Shown here: positions 59,943 through 64,000 of the stretch, piece after piece
How the letters are laid out: every line of letters starts with the position of its first letter
Numbering within the stretch: position 1 is the first letter of the stretch
NCBI GenBank assembly: GCA_023957235.1
Contig: JAMLHI010000004.1
Coordinates: 75,422 to 139,421, forward strand
DNA: 64,000 nucleotides
DNA from: Chitinophagales bacterium
GTDB taxonomy: Bacteria > Bacteroidota > Bacteroidia > Chitinophagales > JADIYW01
Direction of reading: 5' to 3'
Notes under the pieces: model-generated
Database searches by the model: none
Seen by the model: only the letters and a program-made list of their open reading frames with translations
What the model was told of the DNA's origin: nothing
Made by a program: the position numbers and the translations under genes

Positions 59943-61097
59943 TTAGTACAAAGGTAGCTGTGGTTCAATTTCTTTGATATAACCTAATATTCCACCTTTT
60001 AAGTTGAGTAAATTGTCATAGCCTAAATCTTGAAGAGCTTCAATTGCTCTAGTGCTTCTCGCACCACTTTTACAGTGGATAATGACAGGAATATCTTTAC
60101 GAATTTGATCCAAACTGTTTGTAATGGTTCCTAAAGGAATTAATTGTGCTCCTATATTCACCAATTCATACTCATGAGGTTCTCGAACATCTATCACTTG
60201 AATATCTCTGGCTTCATCTTTCCATTGCTTAAATTGAAGAACGTTGATTTCTTTGACTTCTTTTTTGTTGATTGAATCATGTTTTAAACCACAGAAAAAC
60301 TCATAATCTATCAATGATGTTTGAGTAGGCTTGTCTCCTGTGAGTGGATTTTGAGGGTCTTTGAAAATCTTAAATATTCTTGTTGTGAATCCTAAAGCAT
60401 CGAAAGTAAAAAGTCTTCCATTCAAAACTTCGCCAATTCCTGTTACAATTTTGATGACTTCGTTGGCTTGAAGACAGCCCATGATTCCAGGTAATACACC
60501 CAAAACACCACCTTCTGCACAACTTGGTACTAAGCCTGGAGGAGGAGGTTCGGGATACAAGTCTCTGTAATTAACACCTCCTTCGTAATTGAATACTGAT
60601 ACTTGACCATCAAATCTGTAAATAGATGCATAGACATTAGGTATGCCAGTCATTACGCAAGCATCATTGACTAAATATCGGGTAGGAAAATTGTCGGTTC
60701 CGTCTGCAACTACATCGTATTCTTTAAATATTTTCAACGCGTTTTCACTTGTCAGCCTCTCATTATAGGTGACAACTTGAATATGAGGGTTAAGAGATTG
60801 AATGCGTTCTTTAGCTGCTTCTACTTTTAATTTTCCAATATCATTGACAGAAAACAATACCTGTCTTTGTAAATTACTATCATCTACAGTGTCAAAATCT
60901 ATTAATCCTATAGTACCTACACCTGCTGCAGCTAAATATAATAGGGCAGGGCTACCGAGGCCTCCAGAGCCAATAATTAATACTTTTGCAGCCTTTAATC
61001 TTTTTTGCCCTTCTAATCCGACTTCTGGAATGATGATATGTCTAGAATATCTAGCCAGTTCTTCTTTACTGAGTTGAATTTCTTCTACGTTTCTCAT
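59943..61097 (-). CDS. moeZ: MoeB/ThiF-type E1-like adenylyltransferase fused to a C-terminal rhodanese domain (MoeZ-type)
   Basis: YSRHIIIPEVG...IIGSGGLGSPALLYLAAAGVG nucleotide motif, the conserved CAEGGVLG loop, and a rhodanese active-site loop HCKSGARS. I take the start at ATG 61097 (MRNVEE), 10 nt after the cysO stop; the listed GTG at 61127 would overlap cysO by 20 nt. Confidence 0.9.
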   Translation of the reverse strand: MRNVEEIQLSKEELARYSRHIIIPEVGLEGQKRLKAAKVLIIGSGGLGSPALLYLAAAGVGTIGLIDFDTVDDSNLQRQVLFSVNDIGKLKVEAAKERIQSLNPHIQVVTYNERLTSENALKIFKEYDVVADGTDNFPTRYLVNDACVMTGIPNVYASIYRFDGQVSVFNYEGGVNYRDLYPEPPPPGLVPSCAEGGVLGVLPGIMGCLQANEVIKIVTGIGEVLNGRLFTFDALGFTTRIFKIFKDPQNPLTGDKPTQTSLIDYEFFCGLKHDSINKKEVKEINVLQFKQWKDEARDIQVIDVREPHEYELVNIGAQLIPLGTITNSLDQIRKDIPVIIHCKSGARSTRAIEALQDLGYDNLLNLKGGILGYIKEIEPQLPLY

Positions 61098-61107
61098 ATA
61101 TTTTGGC

Positions 61108-61392
61108 TTAAAAGTTAGAGGAGCCACCAGCTATTGCTGGAACAATACTCACAATAGTATCAGGTTGCAATGGAGTGTTATCACCATCTATTCCACGGAT
61201 ATCGTCTTCTCCGACAAATATTTTAACAAAGCTTCTTATTTTTCCATTAGCATCTAATATCTGAGGGCTAATATTAGAATATTTCTGAGTCAAATCTTTT
61301 ATAGCTTGTCCGACAGTAGTAGCTTCAGTATTAAAAGTAGCTTGATCTTCAGTGTACTTTCTTAATGGTGTAGGAATAATTAAAGTGGCCAT
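61108..61392 (-). CDS. cysO: ThiS/MoaD-family ubiquitin-like sulfur carrier (CysO-like) with GG-SSNF C-terminus
   Basis: 94 aa counted from the internal ATG (MATLIIPTPLRKY...). Beta-grasp-like length and pattern. It ends ...VPAIAGGSSNF, with Gly-Gly codons at 61123-61128 and four more codons before the stop. It sits between the JAMM and E1-like genes. Confidence 0.8.
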   Translation of the reverse strand: MATLIIPTPLRKYTEDQATFNTEATTVGQAIKDLTQKYSNISPQILDANGKIRSFVKIFVGEDDIRGIDGDNTPLQPDTIVSIVPAIAGGSSNF

Positions 61393-61426
61393 ATTTATTG
61401 TTTTATTGTTTCTAAAATTGTTTGTA

Positions 61427-61840
61427 TTAAAATTCTTGTTCAAAAATATTTTTTTCCTCATTCAATCTCCAAGAACTTAAAATATCAGATTGTCCATCTA
61501 TTACTGATACTATAATATATGAAAAAAATGGCAATGCTTGTTTGAGGTCATGTTCAGATGGGATAGCAGGATGCTGAGGGTGGGAGTGATATACTCCTAT
61601 TAAAGTTGTTTGGTGAGTCAATGCATATTGTTCTGCTTTGATATAATCAATTGGCGATATTTCAAACCTTCTTCTTTGATCACCTTCTTTACTGTTGGCA
61701 ATTGGTCTAGCAAGTTCAATAGTTCTTTTTCCATTCTGTTCAAAGCCATATAAAAAACCTACACATTCATTTGGAAACTCTTTTTCAGCATGAGTCCTAA
61801 TGATTATTTCTGCTTTTTGATTGAAGATAGTATGATACAT
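61427..61840 (-). CDS. mec: JAMM/MPN+ (Mov34) metalloprotease (Mec-like)
   Basis: Complete JAMM motif: upstream Glu (NECVGFLYG) and HSHPQHPAIPSEHD (HxHx7Sx2D). Length is 137 aa. Confidence 0.9.
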   Translation of the reverse strand: MYHTIFNQKAEIIIRTHAEKEFPNECVGFLYGFEQNGKRTIELARPIANSKEGDQRRRFEISPIDYIKAEQYALTHQTTLIGVYHSHPQHPAIPSEHDLKQALPFFSYIIVSVIDGQSDILSSWRLNEEKNIFEQEF

Positions 61841-61841
61841 T

Positions 61842-62777
61842 TTACAAAATTTGGTCTAAAATATCTGGATAATTAGAGGCATGGTCTGGAAAAATAGTTA
61901 CAATGACGCCAGATGATATAGATTGAGCAACTTTTAAAGTTCCGACTAAATTGGCGGCAGAAGAAGGGCTGAGTAAAAGCCCCAGTCTTTGGGCGGCAAG
62001 TTTTATCATATCAAACGCTTCTATTGTATCAATGAATAAATTTTGGTCAGCTATATTCTCATCATATATTTTAGGTACTAATGCACTTTCTAGGTGCTTC
62101 CATCCTTCCAATCCGTGCATTGCACTATCTGGCTGCAGTGATGTCAATGAAATAAATGGATTCAGTTCTTTCAATCTTCTAGAAGTCCCTGTAAAAGTGC
62201 CAGTTGTTCCTAATCCTGCCACAAAGTGAGTGACTTGAGATTGAGTTTGTTCCCAAATTTCGATAGCAGTCGTGTGATAATGGGCTTTCCAGTTATCCTC
62301 ATTGGCATATTGATCGGTATAATAATATAAATCAGGATGTAATTGAGACAATTCTTTAGCTTTTATCTGAGCCTCGTCTGTAGTGCCAAATTTAGAAGTG
62401 AAAATAATATTTGCACCTAAGGCTTTTAATGCAGTTTTTTTCTGACAGGACGCATTTTCTGGTACACATAATGTGACTGGAAGACCAATGTTTGCTCCAA
62501 TAGTAGCATAAGCAACCGCAGTGTTTCCACTTGAAGCGTCAATGATTCCTTTGTTTTCATTGATAAGCCCTTTTTCTATTGCTGACATAATTATCCTATA
62601 TGCTGCACGTGCTTTGACGGAATTAGATAATTGATTCCATTCTAATTTTGCATATATTTTTATATTCGGATTGCTCTGTATCTTGCTGATGTCAAATAGA
62701 GGAGTCTGACCAATATGTGAAGCTAAACATTGAGCTTTTTGAATAATTGATGTTGTATGTATAATTGTTTCCGTCAT
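61842..62777 (-). CDS. cysM: PLP-dependent cysteine synthase (CysM-like, O-phosphoserine/thiocarboxylate-type by context)
   Basis: PLP-Lys context NSVKARAA, the SSGNTAVAYA loop and GTTGTFTG phosphate-binding loop. It is the first gene of the operon. Confidence 0.88.
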   Translation of the reverse strand: MTETIIHTTSIIQKAQCLASHIGQTPLFDISKIQSNPNIKIYAKLEWNQLSNSVKARAAYRIIMSAIEKGLINENKGIIDASSGNTAVAYATIGANIGLPVTLCVPENASCQKKTALKALGANIIFTSKFGTTDEAQIKAKELSQLHPDLYYYTDQYANEDNWKAHYHTTAIEIWEQTQSQVTHFVAGLGTTGTFTGTSRRLKELNPFISLTSLQPDSAMHGLEGWKHLESALVPKIYDENIADQNLFIDTIEAFDMIKLAAQRLGLLLSPSSAANLVGTLKVAQSISSGVIVTIFPDHASNYPDILDQIL

Positions 62778-62782
62778 TAGTT

Positions 62783-62822
62783 AATATAAAAAATAAATAA
62801 GCCTCACTTTTCAGGTGAGGCT
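62783..62822 (-). terminator. Attenuator terminator between the Cys-leader ORF and cysM
   Basis: Minus strand reads AGCCTCAC CTGAAAA GTGAGGCT followed by TATTTATTTTTTATATT. It ends 6 nt before the cysM ATG. Confidence 0.8.
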
Positions 62823-62862
62823 CATATTTGCTTTATTAAAATATTTTTCCTTTATATAAATT

Positions 62863-62870
62863 CCTCACCT
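62863..62870 (-). promoter_or_regulatory. Antiterminator arm AGGTGAGG (contains the leader-peptide stop codon)
   Basis: It is perfectly complementary to CCTCACCT (62813-62820, minus strand), which includes 6 nt of the 5' arm of the terminator plus the first 2 loop nt. The leader's TGA stop occupies 62865-62867, inside this arm. Confidence 0.7.
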
Positions 62871-62939
62871 ATCTGTTATTGTGCAACAACAGCAACAGCA
62901 TACCGCTAGATTTCTAAATAATTGGAGTTTATTTTTCAT
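62865..62939 (-). CDS. Cysteine-codon-rich leader peptide MKNKLQLFRNLAVCCCCCCTITDR
   Basis: Hand translation of the minus strand gives ATG AAA AAT AAA CTC CAA TTA TTT AGA AAT CTA GCG GTA TGC TGT TGC TGT TGT TGC ACA ATA ACA GAT AGG TGA. The six consecutive Cys codons lie at 62883-62900. The ORF is not in the supplied track because it is too short. Confidence 0.8.
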   Translation of the reverse strand: MKNKLQLFRNLAVCCCCCCTITDR

Positions 62940-62946
62940 GTTTATA

Positions 62947-62954
62947 CAAATATA
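62947..62954 (-). promoter_or_regulatory. Candidate -7 promoter box TATATTTG for the Cys-leader transcript
   Basis: Exact TAnnTTTG match 7 nt upstream of the leader ATG, which would give a nearly leaderless mRNA. This is tentative. Confidence 0.35.
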
Positions 62955-62990
62955 CATTCATGTTTTGGAATAAAGTTGCAAATAATGTTA

Positions 62991-63024
62991 ATAAAATAAT
63001 AACTAGTCACTATAAGTAGTGGCT
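62991..63024 (-). terminator. Intrinsic terminator after the DUF3817-like gene
   Basis: Minus strand: AGCCACTA CTTA TAGTGACT (one G-U pair) followed by AGTTATTATTTTAT. Confidence 0.55.
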
Positions 63025-63059
63025 TGAATTTGCAGTGTTCACCCTATTCAAATTGAAAT

Positions 63060-63353
63060 CTACATCTGTGCTTTTAATTCCTTGTCAAAAATAAATGCAC
63101 CAAATGGAAGTAAGGATAGAATAAAGCCTTTGATTGAAAATTGGTATGTCCATTTATATTTTGAATGGCATAATAATATCCATATAATAAAGGCTATAGT
63201 CAATCCTCCATGTATTCTTCCTAGCCAATAAACAAAATCAGGATAGCCTGCAAGATACTTCAATGGCATGCCAATTCCTAAAAGTAATAAATATGAAATT
63301 CCTTCTAAAATGGCTATCAAGCTGAATTGTTTTAACAGAGTATAGTCTTTCAT
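63060..63353 (-). CDS. DUF3817-like small integral membrane protein
   Basis: Length 97 aa with three TM helices. ILEGISYLLLLGIGMPLKY...RIHGGL resembles the DUF3817 family. Confidence 0.65.
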   Translation of the reverse strand: MKDYTLLKQFSLIAILEGISYLLLLGIGMPLKYLAGYPDFVYWLGRIHGGLTIAFIIWILLCHSKYKWTYQFSIKGFILSLLPFGAFIFDKELKAQM

Positions 63354-63371
63354 TAAATTAATTTAATGGCG

Positions 63372-63379
63372 CAAAGATA
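63372..63379 (-). promoter_or_regulatory. -7 promoter box TATCTTTG (extended TATCTTTGCGCC)
   Basis: The reverse complement of caaagata lies 19 nt upstream of the ATG at 63353. Confidence 0.45.
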
Positions 63380-63462
63380 TTAGATTCTCTCTAAATAGTT
63401 TGTCAACAAAACATCAAATATTGTTTAGATATTGTACTAAGAAGTTACCTCTTTCCTAATGA

Positions 63463-64000
63463 TTATGATGAAAATGTAATTCTTCTAAAAATAAATTTAA
63501 AAGTGCCATCATTATTATTGCTAGATGAGTAGGTCTTATTGATAGGATTGAAATATACTGATGAAAACCATAATGGGAAAAATAATAACCACAAATCCAA
63601 ATTGTATATTCTCATAAATACATAGGTGAGAATGGAGAATATCAACATGATAACAGCTAACAATTTGTCAAATTTCTTGGTAAAAAAACCTACAGTGTAA
63701 ATAGCTTGAGTCAGAACAATCATAAAATATAGAAAATCGGTAAAACCAGGATGATTCAACCAAAATTGTATCCATCTAGCATGAAGTCCATTGGGTGCAA
63801 GCGCAAATAATTCTGCATGTTGATGTTTAAGAATATTTGTCATCTCATGAGGTTCAAAAAGCCCACCATAATATATTTTGGCAATAGTAGAGTGTAGCAT
63901 GACATATAGTACATAGTATCTGGCAAACTCCCACAATCTTATCCAAATGTCGTTTCTGAAACAAAAAGGGAAAAGAGTAATAAATATACATATTACTGTT
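63463..64000 (-). CDS. Hypothetical polytopic membrane protein (5' end outside window)
   Basis: The listed TTG start at 63936 is not the real start. The frame stays open to base 64000 (…TVICIFITLFPFCFRNDIWIRLWEFARYY…). The sequence contains several hydrophobic helices. Confidence 0.55.
   Translation of the reverse strand, partial: TVICIFITLFPFCFRNDIWIRLWEFARYYVLYVMLHSTIAKIYYGGLFEPHEMTNILKHQHAELFALAPNGLHARWIQFWLNHPGFTDFLYFMIVLTQAIYTVGFFTKKFDKLLAVIMLIFSILTYVFMRIYNLDLWLLFFPLWFSSVYFNPINKTYSSSNNNDGTFKFIFRRITFSS

Noticed and set aside
62778-62960. A SAM or other metabolite riboswitch upstream of cysM.
   Set aside because: This was my first guess because of the terminator/antiterminator pair. However, the region has none of the conserved S-box or SAM-II-type cores that I can recognise, and the upstream arm lies within a translated mini-ORF carrying a Cys-codon run. 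A leader-peptide attenuator explains it better.
1-64000. Search for CRISPR arrays, tRNA/rRNA genes, transposases, integrases, toxin-antitoxin pairs or phage genes.
   Set aside because: I saw no regularly spaced direct repeats, no cloverleaf-like GC-rich ~75-nt islands in intergenic regions, and no ORFs with recombinase or transposase motifs. Apart from mrr, the window looks like core chromosome.

Overview
This is an AT-rich chromosomal segment that looks Bacteroidota-like. Several genes are preceded by TAnnTTTG -7 boxes, Shine-Dalgarno sequences are not obvious, and the window carries an LptD/OstA-like/SPOR-amidase envelope cluster and a DUF6580 gene. Most of it is densely packed core genes: tig(partial)-clpP-clpX, sod, a fatty-acid beta-oxidation pair, ddh, gyrA, glmM, a cysteine desulfurase, pyrR-pyrB, 3-oxoacid CoA-transferase, rpsF-rpsR-rplI, ribH, recF, trxA, gmd-fcl and purN. 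I found no rRNA, tRNA, CRISPR, transposase or integrase.

Three things stand out:
1. Upstream of a minus-strand cysM-mec(JAMM)-cysO(ThiS/MoaD-like)-moeZ operon there is a 24-codon leader ORF, MKNKLQLFRNLAVCCCCCCTITDR, with six consecutive Cys codons. Its stop codon lies inside an antiterminator arm that competes with an intrinsic terminator. This looks like a textbook ribosome-mediated attenuator, here for cysteine.
2. The CysO-like sulfur carrier ends in GG-SSNF, so it probably needs C-terminal processing, most likely by the adjacent JAMM protein.
3. A three-gene operon encodes two large tandem paralogous secreted proteins (1021 and 710 aa) of unknown function. They share a C-terminal domain with an invariant HRG...GSCGG motif pair, a possible clan-CD-like His/Cys arrangement. 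A DUF45/M48-type HExxH hydrolase follows them.

Smaller observations:
- a G+C-richer stand-alone Mrr restriction cassette
- a DUF2236 gene wedged between the CoA-transferase subunits
- an AraC half-HTH remnant next to 460 bp of ORF-free AT-rich DNA
- a perfect palindrome at the beta-oxidation promoter
- a 999-aa OmpA-family protein with a repetitive coiled-coil spacer

All product calls come from motif recognition by eye. Hairpin and motif coordinates were counted by hand and may be off by 1-2 nt.
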